NCBI GenBank assembly: GCA_012646185.1 | Contig: GCA_012646185.1_4706.1 | DNA from: a phage | Strand: one strand, 5' to 3' | DNA length: 64,000 nt | In this document: positions 28,945 to 39,512 of the stretch, in pieces | How the letters are laid out: the number at the start of each line of letters is the position of its first letter | Numbering within the stretch: the stretch's first letter is position 1 | Made by a program: the position numbers and the translations under genes | The notes under the pieces: model-generated | Databases searched by the model: none | What the model was told of the DNA's origin: nothing | The model's input: the letters and a program-made list of their open reading frames with translations, nothing else

Positions 28945-28985
28945 CATCATGAAGGTAATATAGTCCTGTTATTTTTTTCAATACG
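28945..28985 (-). promoter_or_regulatory. early-type promoter candidate (CTATATTACC motif)
   Basis: Minus strand reads GAAAAAAATAACAGGACTATATTACCTTCA. Confidence 0.5.
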
Positions 28986-28996
28986 GAGAATGTAAA

Positions 28997-29626
28997 ATGA
29001 GCGAATATGGTGTTGCCCCCGTAGATGATGAACCGCAAGAAGCACCTGATAAATTCGAGGTCCGTCTTGACGAAACCCGTAATATCCGCCAACGATTTAT
29101 TCAACGTCTTGAAATGCTGTTAGATAGCGAATTCAAGGAATTTGAGCATAATCCTGGCGCTGATAACAAAGCCATCGTCGACGTCGAAAACGTCGACCGA
29201 ATAGGTAAGCTGTTGTTGAAATCGTTGGGCGATAACGACAAAGTCGACTTAACATTGAAACGTATCAGTGCCGACCAGGCCATGAACGACAGCGCACTGA
29301 AAACAGCACAAGCCCTAACCGAAACCATGCTGCGCCGCTTAGGTCAGATGGATCAACATCCTCTCGCAGCAGGGGCTGTTTATGAAGGCGAAGTCGTGAA
29401 ACCCGTCACACCTGAAGAACGTGATCGTCGACTTGGTTTTGCGTCATTGGAAGAGTTCGATAGCAAGGAGTTTTCACCAGGCGTTCTCATCCAGGGACGT
29501 GTCGAAGAAACCAGCGATGCTTTCTACGCTAGAATGGCTCAACTGACGGCGTCGGTTCGTGAGGAGGTATCTCAGAAGATGGCTGCAGATCATCAGTCTT
29601 CGGAGGCGTCACACGAGGAGGAATAA
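28997..29626 (+). CDS. hypothetical acidic protein
   Basis: 209-aa ORF, ATG with GGAGA RBS. Confidence 0.55.
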   Translation: MSEYGVAPVDDEPQEAPDKFEVRLDETRNIRQRFIQRLEMLLDSEFKEFEHNPGADNKAIVDVENVDRIGKLLLKSLGDNDKVDLTLKRISADQAMNDSALKTAQALTETMLRRLGQMDQHPLAAGAVYEGEVVKPVTPEERDRRLGFASLEEFDSKEFSPGVLIQGRVEETSDAFYARMAQLTASVREEVSQKMAADHQSSEASHEEE

Positions 29627-30317
29627 AATAACTGAACCATTTTATTCCAAAGAACCGCATGAACATCACAGGTGCGTTAGAAAGTTCGATTGCTTCGTAA
29701 AGTTTGTCATAAGCCAGATCGGAATCAGGGATGGTTTCACTGATTCGTCTGGCTACAACCAATACGTTACAAATCGGATTGTCTTCTAACAGCATCTGAT
29801 TGGGGAGGTGCCAGCGTTTGAAATCGTAAAAGAACATCGCATTATACGTCTTACGGATTTCTGACGGATGCAGTGTGGCCGGATGACGGTAAATAACCTC
29901 AACGCTATCTTGCGCGCCGAGGTATTGCTGGATGCCTTCTTTTAACGCAATTGCAGCATCTCCCACAAATTCAAACGGGTACGTATTCACATGAACCGAA
30001 AAATCCGGTGCAGCAATCCCTGTCAAGCGGTCTTTCATGTAGTCCGCTACCACGTAACATAATCGCCACATCAACTCCGTCGGAATGCATTTATCGAGAA
30101 TGGTTTCATCGATATTTGCCAACGCACCCTTAAACTCTTCGTAAGTGTAAGTAACACCCGCCTGCTTCTCCGGCTCCAGGTTATAGGGTCGGTAATGCCA
30201 TTTCTTCCCCCACTTTCTGATAGCCTCCGGATCCAACGTTGTTGCTACCGCCATTTCGATATCAAGCAGCGCCTCGAGTTCTACGTACACCGTCACTAAC
30301 GCCGCATTTCCAGTCAT
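29529..30317 (-). CDS. hypothetical protein
   Basis: 262-aa ORF; its 3' end overlaps the convergent 28997..29626 gene by 98 nt. Confidence 0.5.
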   Translation of the reverse strand: MTGNAALVTVYVELEALLDIEMAVATTLDPEAIRKWGKKWHYRPYNLEPEKQAGVTYTYEEFKGALANIDETILDKCIPTELMWRLCYVVADYMKDRLTGIAAPDFSVHVNTYPFEFVGDAAIALKEGIQQYLGAQDSVEVIYRHPATLHPSEIRKTYNAMFFYDFKRWHLPNQMLLEDNPICNVLVVARRISETIPDSDLAYDKLYEAIELSNAPVMFMRFFGIKWFSYFIPPRVTPPKTDDLQPSSEIPPHEPTPSVEPF

Positions 30318-31021
30318 CGTTGCTCTCCAGCTTCACCGGTTAACATCTGCATATCGGGAGACGTTTTAATTTTCTTCTCGTACTCTTTTGTTTGTTTGAA
30401 TACCAACTCACCGATTTCTTCCAATTCTTCAACGGTGACGGTATGCAAATAGAGCAACGGAATAATCCAGGTATTCGCACGAAGCATATCCCGAATATCA
30501 TCAACGGTGGGTAACTCCGTAAAGAACTGTTCGTCTACCGCAAATAAATCCCGTGCGATACCATCCACCAGTTTATGATCGCTTTCATGGATCCATGCAA
30601 AACTTCCAGCAAGATGATCGATAAGCATATCGATGTCATCGACCGTTGAGAACACTGTACGCCGAACGTGCGTTGTGAGGTCCATCGTAAAACCCATTAA
30701 CGAAGGGGTTTCCTCAGAACGGAGTTCACGCCAAAGACGGATCATGTTTTCAGGGATAAACAAATCATGGATGAACGTCACACTGAATTTCGTAACCCAA
30801 TCACGAATTGTTGCCCCTTTGGAATATTGTTGCGGTGGGGAATACAAATACACCCAGCGTTTCGTGTACGCGATAACTTCCTTTCGCATCGCCGCATCTA
30901 AAACAAGCACGTAACGATCGGAAGCAAGCTCTTCTAATAAAAGCTCGAACGCAGTATCACTCTCTGGGGAGAACGATCGTTTTATTTCTGCGATACGTCG
31001 TGATAACCGACCACGTAACAT
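30314..31021 (-). CDS. hypothetical protein
   Basis: 235-aa ORF, 4-nt overlap with the downstream gene. Confidence 0.55.
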   Translation of the reverse strand: MLRGRLSRRIAEIKRSFSPESDTAFELLLEELASDRYVLVLDAAMRKEVIAYTKRWVYLYSPPQQYSKGATIRDWVTKFSVTFIHDLFIPENMIRLWRELRSEETPSLMGFTMDLTTHVRRTVFSTVDDIDMLIDHLAGSFAWIHESDHKLVDGIARDLFAVDEQFFTELPTVDDIRDMLRANTWIIPLLYLHTVTVEELEEIGELVFKQTKEYEKKIKTSPDMQMLTGEAGEQR

Positions 31022-31023
31022 AA

Positions 31024-31698
31024 TTAGCCCTCATCAAGGTTATTCTGGAGATGCATTGCGGTGAGGATAACGCCAACCGCCGAAACCGATTTTGCCTTGC
31101 TGTCTTCAGGGAGCTGCTCCAAGCTTACGGTACCTGTTTCTAACAGCATGCGGTTCATCGCGTTGAACTTCTTATCATCACCACCACGAGCCTGCATCAG
31201 CTCTCGGTTCACGTTCGGCATCGACCGTCCTAACGTCGCTTGCATTTCCGGCTGGCTCCAAGTGGAACCTTTACTATCACCCGTCGGCTGATTGGTGAGC
31301 TGGTCCTTGGTGTTGTTGTTTTTCGGAATCGATATTTTAGCACTCAACGTTTCGGCTTGTCGGCGGTTTGGAATCAGGTACAATCTGGTTGGGCGGTCAC
31401 GAAGCACCAATTGCCCTGTTTTCTGGTCGGTGAGATAAATGCGCTGGAAGAAGGGGAAACCGTATTTCTTACCAACTTCCAACGCACGTTTTATCGTCAC
31501 CTCGTTTTTGTTCATGTTGGGTACCCAGATGGGTAGAATCTCTTTCTTATCCCGACATAAACGCATATAGGCATCAAACGTCTCATCATCGATTTCAGCA
31601 AAACGTTTTTTGTAAATAGCGTAAGTCGGGCTCGATTCACCCACCAGGTCTTTGATATACCCAAGAATGAATTTTTCTGCTGCAGCGCGGTTGGACAT
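31024..31698 (-). CDS. hypothetical protein
   Basis: 224-aa ORF. Confidence 0.55.
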   Translation of the reverse strand: MSNRAAAEKFILGYIKDLVGESSPTYAIYKKRFAEIDDETFDAYMRLCRDKKEILPIWVPNMNKNEVTIKRALEVGKKYGFPFFQRIYLTDQKTGQLVLRDRPTRLYLIPNRRQAETLSAKISIPKNNNTKDQLTNQPTGDSKGSTWSQPEMQATLGRSMPNVNRELMQARGGDDKKFNAMNRMLLETGTVSLEQLPEDSKAKSVSAVGVILTAMHLQNNLDEG

Positions 31699-31707
31699 AA
31701 ACGTCTC

Positions 31708-32049
31708 CTATTGTCGTGTCTGTTGCGGAAATACCCGAAACACCTGGACAATGATGTTCTTGTCCTCGCGGTTGGCGATGTCGATCATGTGTTTTGTTCC
31801 AGGACTTTTGAAATCCCAGAACGCAATTAAATGCGTAATGACATCGCCCATCCACTCATTGCGTCTGAATCCAGCACCTTTACGATAAGGGCCATCCCAA
31901 TCGGCAGGAAACGTGGTGTATTTGAACCCGTAATCCTTCGCATAGCGGCGCACATGCAAATCAGCACCTGAATGCGCACCGCCAGCAATGAGATGAACTT
32001 TGTCGTGAGGAAGGTTGTGTAACATCTGGTTCATACGCTTTTCGAACAA
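31708..32049 (-). CDS. hypothetical protein
   Basis: 113-aa ORF; GGAHSGADLHVRRYAKDYGF segment is loosely reminiscent of a Rossmann-like nucleotide-binding fold, not verified. Confidence 0.45.
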   Translation of the reverse strand: MFEKRMNQMLHNLPHDKVHLIAGGAHSGADLHVRRYAKDYGFKYTTFPADWDGPYRKGAGFRRNEWMGDVITHLIAFWDFKSPGTKHMIDIANREDKNIIVQVFRVFPQQTRQ

Positions 32050-32102
32050 GGGATAATCATCCCAGTAGCGTGATCCTGATACCCCTACACGATAGGGTTC
32101 GC

Positions 32103-32423
32103 TTATCTTCCACCGCGCAATGACTTTACGTTGCGTGCGATAAAGGGTGCAACGTAATCACGGAAATTATGGATCCATCCTTTAATGGGTTGGTTGTCGA
32201 GTAAGCACTCACGTACCGAAAACGTACTTACTTCTAATACACCAAACTGTAGTCGCCAATAGCGATTGATTTCAGCTTGGGTATGTTCTAATGTCATGTA
32301 CTCAGGAACACGAGCCAATAGGTCGTGTTTGAATTGCTCAGCAATCGCTGGTTGATGTGACGCAATTGTCTGCGTGATAACATCAATCAGTTCATGTGCA
32401 TGCTTGATAGCAGGTGCGGTCAT
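32103..32423 (-). CDS. hypothetical protein
   Basis: 106-aa ORF. Confidence 0.5.
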   Translation of the reverse strand: MTAPAIKHAHELIDVITQTIASHQPAIAEQFKHDLLARVPEYMTLEHTQAEINRYWRLQFGVLEVSTFSVRECLLDNQPIKGWIHNFRDYVAPFIARNVKSLRGGR

Positions 32424-32435
32424 TTATTTAGCCTT

Positions 32436-33926
32436 TTATTTTTTACTCGGACGATTCAATGCGGGTACCGGGTTCTTTGGTTGTTTTGTCTTTTCATCCA
32501 TCCAGTACGGGAAGTACTCACCAGTACGCATACGCAATAAGTCCATTGTGGACAGGAACGGCAGCGGGTTAGGATCGTCCAAATACGTCCAGTAACCACG
32601 CGTGTTTAACAATACATCCCAATCGAAACCTTTTGCTTTAAGATCGTCGTACAGTTCCTGTGGGGTGCAATACAGCTGTGGGTTTTCGTAAACCTCTTGA
32701 CGCCAGAGATTATGCATCTGACACAGCTCCGACGTGATTTCCAGAGCGCGCTGTAAATACTCATCCTCTTCGCAAAGAGAACGAATGGTCGTACGCTGCA
32801 ACGCAACATCCGGATAAATATCCAAATATACCGTTGAAGCACCATCAGCTGATTTACCACCTGACGCATGCATACCCCAACCACGCATCCAATCTTTATC
32901 ACGCAGGTAGTGGTATTCTGTTAATGATGGTTTAACCCCTTCGCTCTGACTAACCACAATCGGGAACGGTAAGCCGGTGGGTCCGTTTTTAGCACGCATG
33001 TTGAAGACTTGAATCAACTGCAGATCGGTATCCCCGATAAGGTTGTCACCAGGCCCACGCGGATAAAGGACGCGTTTATCGGCGTTCTGAAGAATCGTCA
33101 GTTTATCGATTTTCCAGAGGTTATTCGTATAAAACGTGAAGCGTTCCGGGACGTTCTTAAACTTCTCATCGCCCTTAAACCCTTTCAGTTTTCGTACCGG
33201 CTGCTGTCCCGGCATACCACCGACGTTTACACCGTCACCAAGGTGGGCGGTCATGGTAATGTAGATACCCGCCGACGCTGTGAGTACTGGCATCTGTGAT
33301 AAAATCTGGCTTTTTGCTGCTGCTGAACGCATCGCTTCAGCATTCAGTTTTGCACCACCGGCGGTTTCTTTATCAAACAGTGCATCAACAGCATCGATTG
33401 GTAATCCAGAGAAACTGTCGATGAGTACAACGGTCGGCAACCACCAGGTATAGTTCTCACCATGTTTATTAATAAACGGAACGGCTTTGCGTTGAGATTT
33501 ATCTTTGACCTTGTCGTCACGGAATTTCTTAATCGCATCAAACCAAATGTTACCGCTCATCTGAACAGCATCGGTGATAAACACACGTTCTTCTTCGAAA
33601 AGATCGACACCTGCGATATTAGACATGTTCATCGCAAGCGTTAAGATACGTGTTGTCGTTAACGACATTTCTGTGTCGTAAACGCTACTATTGCTGTTTG
33701 CGTAACGATCGATAACGCGTAACAAGCGAAACATTATGAACGTGGTTTTGTTCATGTTGCCGCGAGCGCCTGCGCCCTCAACAAGCATCATGCCGCCGTT
33801 ACAAATGCTTTCACCGTGTTTACCGACATAGTACCGACCACCAGATGTGGGAATATCCATTAAGCAACCAATGTTGAGATTAAAACGCATCTCTTCACCA
33901 GGAGAAAGGTACTTATTAAGATTCAT
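32436..33926 (-). CDS. RecA/UvsX-like recombinase candidate
   Basis: ATG with AAGGAG RBS; Walker-A-like GGMMLVEGAGARGNMNKTT and VVLIDSFSGL...AMRSAAAKSQ resembling the RecA IVVDSVAAL...ARLMSQA region. Diverged. Confidence 0.45.
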   Translation of the reverse strand: MNLNKYLSPGEEMRFNLNIGCLMDIPTSGGRYYVGKHGESICNGGMMLVEGAGARGNMNKTTFIMFRLLRVIDRYANSNSSVYDTEMSLTTTRILTLAMNMSNIAGVDLFEEERVFITDAVQMSGNIWFDAIKKFRDDKVKDKSQRKAVPFINKHGENYTWWLPTVVLIDSFSGLPIDAVDALFDKETAGGAKLNAEAMRSAAAKSQILSQMPVLTASAGIYITMTAHLGDGVNVGGMPGQQPVRKLKGFKGDEKFKNVPERFTFYTNNLWKIDKLTILQNADKRVLYPRGPGDNLIGDTDLQLIQVFNMRAKNGPTGLPFPIVVSQSEGVKPSLTEYHYLRDKDWMRGWGMHASGGKSADGASTVYLDIYPDVALQRTTIRSLCEEDEYLQRALEITSELCQMHNLWRQEVYENPQLYCTPQELYDDLKAKGFDWDVLLNTRGYWTYLDDPNPLPFLSTMDLLRMRTGEYFPYWMDEKTKQPKNPVPALNRPSKK

Positions 33927-34024
33927 TGGGTAAAGACTCCTTCGATTCTTCGACTAATTCTTAGTGTTCAGAGAATAACTATTTTTAGTTAAGACTGACA
34001 ACCGCTATTTCCACGAGGACAATC

Positions 34025-34867
34025 ATGCATAAATTTACCATTCCTGAAGACCCGATTACACTGCAGACCCTTTGGGATTCACATCGTGCTTTATCAATGG
34101 AAGGCTTTGCGCAAGACTTCGCTTCACTTACCGCAGTAACGAACCTTCGTAGTATGTTTACTAACGGTAAGAAGTTCGTTACCGATTGGCTTAAAAAACG
34201 TGATGAGACGGTTTATCCTAAAGTCTTCGATGACCTCGACACCATCTTTAGCAACAACGCTTACAGCGATCTCATTGGGTATCGCGCTTTTATTCCGAAT
34301 GGTTTAAATGCGCCGATGTCAGATTATGTTGTTGCTTTAACCCAGAGTCTGGATAGCGTAATTGGCACCATCCTACCTGATTTGGATAAGTTGACCGTAA
34401 CGTGCGCTAAAGCCGTCAACGACGTTAACTTCCGCCGTAGTAGTGGTATGGCTCAAACGCTACCTAAAAACGATCCAGAGAACGTTCTAGAGACGTTACG
34501 TGCGATGTTCAAACAAGGGACGGTAACACAGACCACTGTAGGCCGTGCATATAAGAACGAAGACGATATTCGTCAGATCGGAAAAGATCTGGATGCTTCC
34601 CGTATCCGTGCGCTTGACGTTAATCCTAAAGACGTGAAGAAGGCAATCGAACGTTTCATGGAGGTGGCTGACCGTTTAACCGAAATCCTGGTTCAAGACT
34701 ACAACGAAGGTGCGGTGAGCAACGCGATGATTCGCGATATTAGCGACGCTATCTACCAAACAGCCAAGCAGGCTGAACTGTACGCGTTTCTCGTGAACGC
34801 TTTGGCTGAGGCGATCATCGCATATAACGATACCTGGGACGCCGTTAAAAAGAACGCGAAAAAATAA
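34025..34867 (+). CDS. hypothetical protein
   Basis: 280-aa ORF, ATG with GAGGA RBS. Confidence 0.6.
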   Translation: MHKFTIPEDPITLQTLWDSHRALSMEGFAQDFASLTAVTNLRSMFTNGKKFVTDWLKKRDETVYPKVFDDLDTIFSNNAYSDLIGYRAFIPNGLNAPMSDYVVALTQSLDSVIGTILPDLDKLTVTCAKAVNDVNFRRSSGMAQTLPKNDPENVLETLRAMFKQGTVTQTTVGRAYKNEDDIRQIGKDLDASRIRALDVNPKDVKKAIERFMEVADRLTEILVQDYNEGAVSNAMIRDISDAIYQTAKQAELYAFLVNALAEAIIAYNDTWDAVKKNAKK

Positions 34868-34875
34868 CATAATAA

Positions 34876-34911
34876 CCCACCCTACTACCCCGTTAAGGGC
34901 GGTAGGGTGGG
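34876..34911. terminator. bidirectional terminator hairpin
   Basis: cccaccctac ... gtagggtggg outer stem with an inner ccc/ggg stem; AT-rich flanks on both sides; between convergent genes. Confidence 0.55.
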
Positions 34912-34918
34912 ATAAGGT

Positions 34919-35350
34919 TTATTTGCCGTATAGTTGTACCACTCGTTGTGTCGTAGGAACGCAGACTCTTACCAGAAGCTTTTTAATCTCCTGACGAATC
35001 GTTGCTTTATCGTCATAATAAAGCCATGGCGGAACGCGTTGCATTATGCACTGCACGGCTTCATCGTAGTTCGTCGTCCCATTAAGTAACGTCTCACTAT
35101 CCAGATCTTTCCACGCAGTAATACCAAGTCGCGCAGCAAACATCAACGCTGAAACCGACTCAGCTATCTCCAATCGCTCATTCATATCCGCAAGACCTTT
35201 TAGCATGATGTAATTATCATCATGCTGATGTAAGGTGCCATACAAACTTCCGAAGAGAAGTATACGTTTAGCTTTTGCGGTTAAGAGGAACGATAGGAGA
35301 GCGTGTTTCAACGGTTGTTTCTCACGTTCTACCTGTTCGACCATCACCAT
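34919..35350 (-). CDS. hypothetical protein
   Basis: 143-aa ORF. Confidence 0.5.
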   Translation of the reverse strand: MVMVEQVEREKQPLKHALLSFLLTAKAKRILLFGSLYGTLHQHDDNYIMLKGLADMNERLEIAESVSALMFAARLGITAWKDLDSETLLNGTTNYDEAVQCIMQRVPPWLYYDDKATIRQEIKKLLVRVCVPTTQRVVQLYGK

Positions 35351-35353
35351 TGA

Positions 35354-36880
35354 TTACTCCAACACATAACGTGGGTTACTGTATATGTTAGCCCATATAC
35401 CAACGTCGGCACCTGACTCAATAATCACGGCGAAACGAAACGCAACATCAGACTCACGATAAGTTACCGCGTACGCTTTCGTTTCCGGTGATGCTAAATA
35501 GCTCAAGTTCAGACGTTGAGGCAGGTCTAACCCCAAGGACATGGTACAAGACGTAACGCCCTGCTTATCGGGGTTCAGTCTGTAATTCACGTCCACCTTC
35601 AAGCTTTTCGTAACCTGCGTAATCGCACTATGCACTTTGGTAACCGTTTTGCCTTTCTTATCCTTTTCTGTTTCGAAAAGAACGTCGGTAATTTCGGTTA
35701 CAACCAGACGCGGTGTGGATTCGCGGTTAGCGTCAAGCCATTCATCCAGTAACGTCTTTAAGAAGTTCAAGGAATCAATTGCACGCCAAGCAAGGTTAGG
35801 CGGGTTGCACGCTTCCATTAAAATGGCTGTGTTCGATCCACCTAGCGGAAGATGCACGCTCTTACCGAGGCCTGTCGGACGCATCGTAAGATCGCACTCA
35901 CCCTCAAGAATATCGCGATGATATTGACGATGATGAAGGTTATCCGTGTATGCGATATACACTGACTCCGTTGTCCCATGCTCTAATACCCGAGATGCAT
36001 GCGTACGCATAATCTCAACAGCATCATCCGGCTTGCTTAGATAGATAACACTGTACGCACTATCGCTAATCCTTTTCCCTAACTCAAGACGTCCCTTGTT
36101 GTCTTTATCAGTGTTACCACCGAAATAGATGTAGCGGCCATCTTTCGCACGCTCTTGCTGCTGGTTGGTGGTAAAGTAGCAGCGTGAGAACGTAAAGAAC
36201 GGGCTTATTTCCGGTTCGGGGCTCCAATACCCCTTAGCCGGAAGTTCGCGGCGTATTTGGGTTCTTACAGCCCAGTCCTGGTTTTGTGACAGATATGTTC
36301 CACGCGTTGCCAGCATATCCGCACGTTCGTTACCAACATTGCCCTCATGTCCAGGAACGTAGCGCAGCGAAATATCGATAGCGTCACGCTTCGCATCCCT
36401 TATCGCGCTATCGAGTTTCCGCCACCGTTCCGCATTCATTAACGGTTTATTGTCGGATTTAACCCAGTTGTTCTCTCGCCAGTTAGCAAGATGGTTGGTG
36501 GCACCTACAACAACATATTGGCTGTCCGACAACAGCTGGATCCGTTTTGCCCCCTTTGCTTTTCCAAGTTCAATCGCACGTATTGCAGCATCCAACTCAG
36601 CCTGATTGTTCGTTACGTTGAAACCCAAAGCCTCTAACTCATCCACGTATTCCTTGGGTTCGACCAGCACAGCGTCTTTAGGAAAGTCGAGTTTAGGGTC
36701 AACATAACCGTATTGCGTTGGTTTGGGCTTCCCGCTTTTTGAGGGTTCCAAGGTGCCTTTTATTTCTTTCACCATATCGTAGGTGTAGCCGTGCACGCCA
36801 TAGCCACCATACCCACTCGATGTTGGACGGGATCCTCCATCGCAGTAGAAAACGGCACCAAGCTCAGTATTTCCTGCCAT
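35354..36880 (-). CDS. RNase H1-domain protein with ~300-aa C-terminal extension
   Basis: Start ATG at 36880 with GAGG RBS. RNase H motifs FYCDGGS, NNQAELDAAIRAIE, LLSDSQYVV, HEGNVGNERAD match the E. coli RNase HI catalytic residues. Confidence 0.7.
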   Translation of the reverse strand: MAGNTELGAVFYCDGGSRPTSSGYGGYGVHGYTYDMVKEIKGTLEPSKSGKPKPTQYGYVDPKLDFPKDAVLVEPKEYVDELEALGFNVTNNQAELDAAIRAIELGKAKGAKRIQLLSDSQYVVVGATNHLANWRENNWVKSDNKPLMNAERWRKLDSAIRDAKRDAIDISLRYVPGHEGNVGNERADMLATRGTYLSQNQDWAVRTQIRRELPAKGYWSPEPEISPFFTFSRCYFTTNQQQERAKDGRYIYFGGNTDKDNKGRLELGKRISDSAYSVIYLSKPDDAVEIMRTHASRVLEHGTTESVYIAYTDNLHHRQYHRDILEGECDLTMRPTGLGKSVHLPLGGSNTAILMEACNPPNLAWRAIDSLNFLKTLLDEWLDANRESTPRLVVTEITDVLFETEKDKKGKTVTKVHSAITQVTKSLKVDVNYRLNPDKQGVTSCTMSLGLDLPQRLNLSYLASPETKAYAVTYRESDVAFRFAVIIESGADVGIWANIYSNPRYVLE

Positions 36881-36930
36881 TGTAAACCTCATTAATCATT
36901 GTCCGTATGATAGCCCAAAGTTGTACGGTA

Positions 36931-37482
36931 TTACCGATTACCGTCGGTTGACGTCGGTTGATCGCGATTGACTTTCATTGACCGCAGTTTTCCACCGTTA
37001 ATTACGCATTGATTGCGTTGTTTGGCGGAGGTCAGACTATTGCAGACGTAATAGGTATCGATAAAACGTTCAACGCGTTCTTGAAACTCCCTCTCGTCAA
37101 CTTTATCTTTTTCAAAGGTTCGTAACGCTCGATCAACCTCACCCTGGAGAATCCGGTTCTGTTCAACCATACTGTCGATTAAACGGCCTCGTACTTCGTT
37201 CGATGTGTAAAGTTGACGAATCAGTTCTCGGTTGGTGTCTCGCGCATAACGCAATGTTGCATTTTCCTGACGTAAACTACTCACGTCAGCCATCAAGGTA
37301 ATGATTTTTTCGCCAGCGAATAACGTCACGATACCCAATACGATGAAAAAGCCCGTAATCAAGAATATCGAGGACTGTCGAGCTCCATCTCGACGATAGC
37401 GTGTGGGCGGTCGCTTACTTCGCCGAAACAACTCGCGAAGAAAAGGGAAAAGCCAGGGCAACGCCTTGAGTGTAGTAAACAT
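36931..37482 (-). CDS. membrane protein with N-terminal TM helix and coiled-coil
   Basis: Start reassigned to ATG at 37482 with AAGGA RBS; hydrophobic SSIFLITGFFIVLGIVTLFAG followed by charged coiled-coil-like sequence. Confidence 0.45.
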   Translation of the reverse strand: MFTTLKALPWLFPFLRELFRRSKRPPTRYRRDGARQSSIFLITGFFIVLGIVTLFAGEKIITLMADVSSLRQENATLRYARDTNRELIRQLYTSNEVRGRLIDSMVEQNRILQGEVDRALRTFEKDKVDEREFQERVERFIDTYYVCNSLTSAKQRNQCVINGGKLRSMKVNRDQPTSTDGNR

Positions 37483-37536
37483 GCGTGTGTCCTTGATAGT
37501 ATGAAATTTCCAATACAACTTAACCGAGGACGTCGA

Positions 37537-38877
37537 ATGATTAGTATTTTTGGTTTTTATACGTACAAAGGGTACGCTAATAACCACCCAAAAACCACGG
37601 CGAAATTCGGTGAGTTCAGTCAGCACAGTGCTACGTTCAGTCGCGAAATCGGCATCTATACCAACACGGCGTACGCACGTACGACCTTATTAGTGTTGAA
37701 TGCCGAAAACGAAGCTGGTGAAGCACAAACGCTGAATGACGACACCGCAGGCCGTATTCTTCAGGTTGGTCAATGGTTGCTGGAAAAAGCCGCATCGGGC
37801 GAAATCCAGGAAGACCGAGACCAGGTTATCAGTTACCTAAAAGACGACTTCACAACGTATCTGGATTCTATCGACATCCCAACACCCACCACCGATGGTA
37901 CAGTCTATCTACCGGCGTGGATCAGTTTCAAGATAACCGCCACCGGCGATGTCGTCAAGATTTGGTTGTCTGATAGCGTATTCCAAAGTCAATATCCAAA
38001 ATACGAATATGAAGTCGTTCCCCCTGTTCCTAAGGATCAGTTAGATACCTTCTTCGAAGATCTGGCAACATTGAAGAAACTGGTTGACAGTCGAAGCAGC
38101 GAGAAACTGACCGAAGAAATCAACGAGGTGCGCGACCAATTCCCAGACACACAATTGTGGACGAAAACCTATAAAGCGTACGATTACACCGACGATTCGA
38201 AATACATTAATACCGATTGGACGGTGATTATCTACGGTGCAGCAGGTAACAACATTGATAATATCAAGGAGTTCCTGCAAAACTGGATTCTTAGCAATAG
38301 TACGCATGGACGTCCAGACTGGGAAATCGTTCTGCCGGATCTTTTTATCCCGACAGAACACATCTTCATTCCAATCTGGAACCGCCACAGTGCGCCAGAA
38401 ATGACCAATCAGGCACGTATCTATAGTCCTATCTTCGATGATTCGTTGATGGATACCTACCTGAAAAACTTTGCTGATGGTTACGGCGAAACCGCCGAAG
38501 TCCGTAAATCGCTTCAAGCGGTGCCGACGTTGTGGCGCTCGATCGGTTTCTTAAGCGTTGGTAACTCACGTAACCGAGACGGTAAACTTAAGTTCTACGA
38601 TCGTTGGCCGCAATACGCGCTCATCAGCACAACCAGCATCGATATTAACCGTATCGATGATGCGACACGTGAATTCATCACGTTCACTTACGAAATGCTG
38701 AAACTGGCAGAATCGCTGACCGAAGACGACCCGGTACCGTTGGGTTATAGTCGTGTTACGCGTGGTAGCAATAGCTTCTTAGCGAAAAGCCACAACGATG
38801 TTCAGTATCTCTTCTTAACAAAAGAAGCGTTCCTGAAGAAAATGCCGGATGAAGCCGACACGCCTGTTGGAGGTTGA
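37537..38877 (+). CDS. hypothetical protein
   Basis: ATG at 37537 with GAGGA RBS. Confidence 0.6.
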   Translation: MISIFGFYTYKGYANNHPKTTAKFGEFSQHSATFSREIGIYTNTAYARTTLLVLNAENEAGEAQTLNDDTAGRILQVGQWLLEKAASGEIQEDRDQVISYLKDDFTTYLDSIDIPTPTTDGTVYLPAWISFKITATGDVVKIWLSDSVFQSQYPKYEYEVVPPVPKDQLDTFFEDLATLKKLVDSRSSEKLTEEINEVRDQFPDTQLWTKTYKAYDYTDDSKYINTDWTVIIYGAAGNNIDNIKEFLQNWILSNSTHGRPDWEIVLPDLFIPTEHIFIPIWNRHSAPEMTNQARIYSPIFDDSLMDTYLKNFADGYGETAEVRKSLQAVPTLWRSIGFLSVGNSRNRDGKLKFYDRWPQYALISTTSIDINRIDDATREFITFTYEMLKLAESLTEDDPVPLGYSRVTRGSNSFLAKSHNDVQYLFLTKEAFLKKMPDEADTPVGG

Positions 38878-38879
38878 TT

Positions 38880-39506
38880 ATGGCTGTAACACGCATGACG
38901 CCAAGTCCCGGTGCGGTCGGGGTATTCACAGTATCAGCGCCGTTTACCGTTGGTGCGTCAACGCTATATACCGTTACAGCGTTGCGAAGATTCAGCGAAG
39001 TCATCGGTAGTGGAATCGATCTATTTGCGGAACTGTACGAACCGTTATCAATAGACAAATCCACATTCGAAGCGCATCTCGAAGCGAATGCTTATCTCGT
39101 CACGTTGCAACCGGATTACGGTGCACCCGTACTGGTACCTGATACGTATATCACGTCGTACCCAAAGAACGATTCCTTGCGGTATCGTCGCATTATTCTG
39201 GGTATCGATTTCGGGCCTCTTCCTCCCGGTCTTGACCTTTCGTATTTAACAACGATATTGAAAGGTAAGGCTAGTGATATTCTTGGTGTCGAACCTGAAG
39301 TTAAAACGATGGAAATCACTCTCGATGATACCGTTACTCAGGAACAACATCAGATAAACGAAGCCTGTCGTCAGGCTGCGATAAAAGAGCGGGATACCAT
39401 TTACGCACGCTGTGAAACGCAAGAGAAGCAGATAACGGCTTTACTTGCAACCCAAAAGCAACTTATTAAATTGCTTCAAGACGCCGGTATTAATCCGACA
39501 CCTTAA
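38880..39506 (+). CDS. hypothetical protein
   Basis: ATG at 38880 with GGAGG RBS embedded in the end of the upstream gene (track start is TTG). Confidence 0.55.
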   Translation: MAVTRMTPSPGAVGVFTVSAPFTVGASTLYTVTALRRFSEVIGSGIDLFAELYEPLSIDKSTFEAHLEANAYLVTLQPDYGAPVLVPDTYITSYPKNDSLRYRRIILGIDFGPLPPGLDLSYLTTILKGKASDILGVEPEVKTMEITLDDTVTQEQHQINEACRQAAIKERDTIYARCETQEKQITALLATQKQLIKLLQDAGINPTP

Positions 39507-39512
39507 CATATT

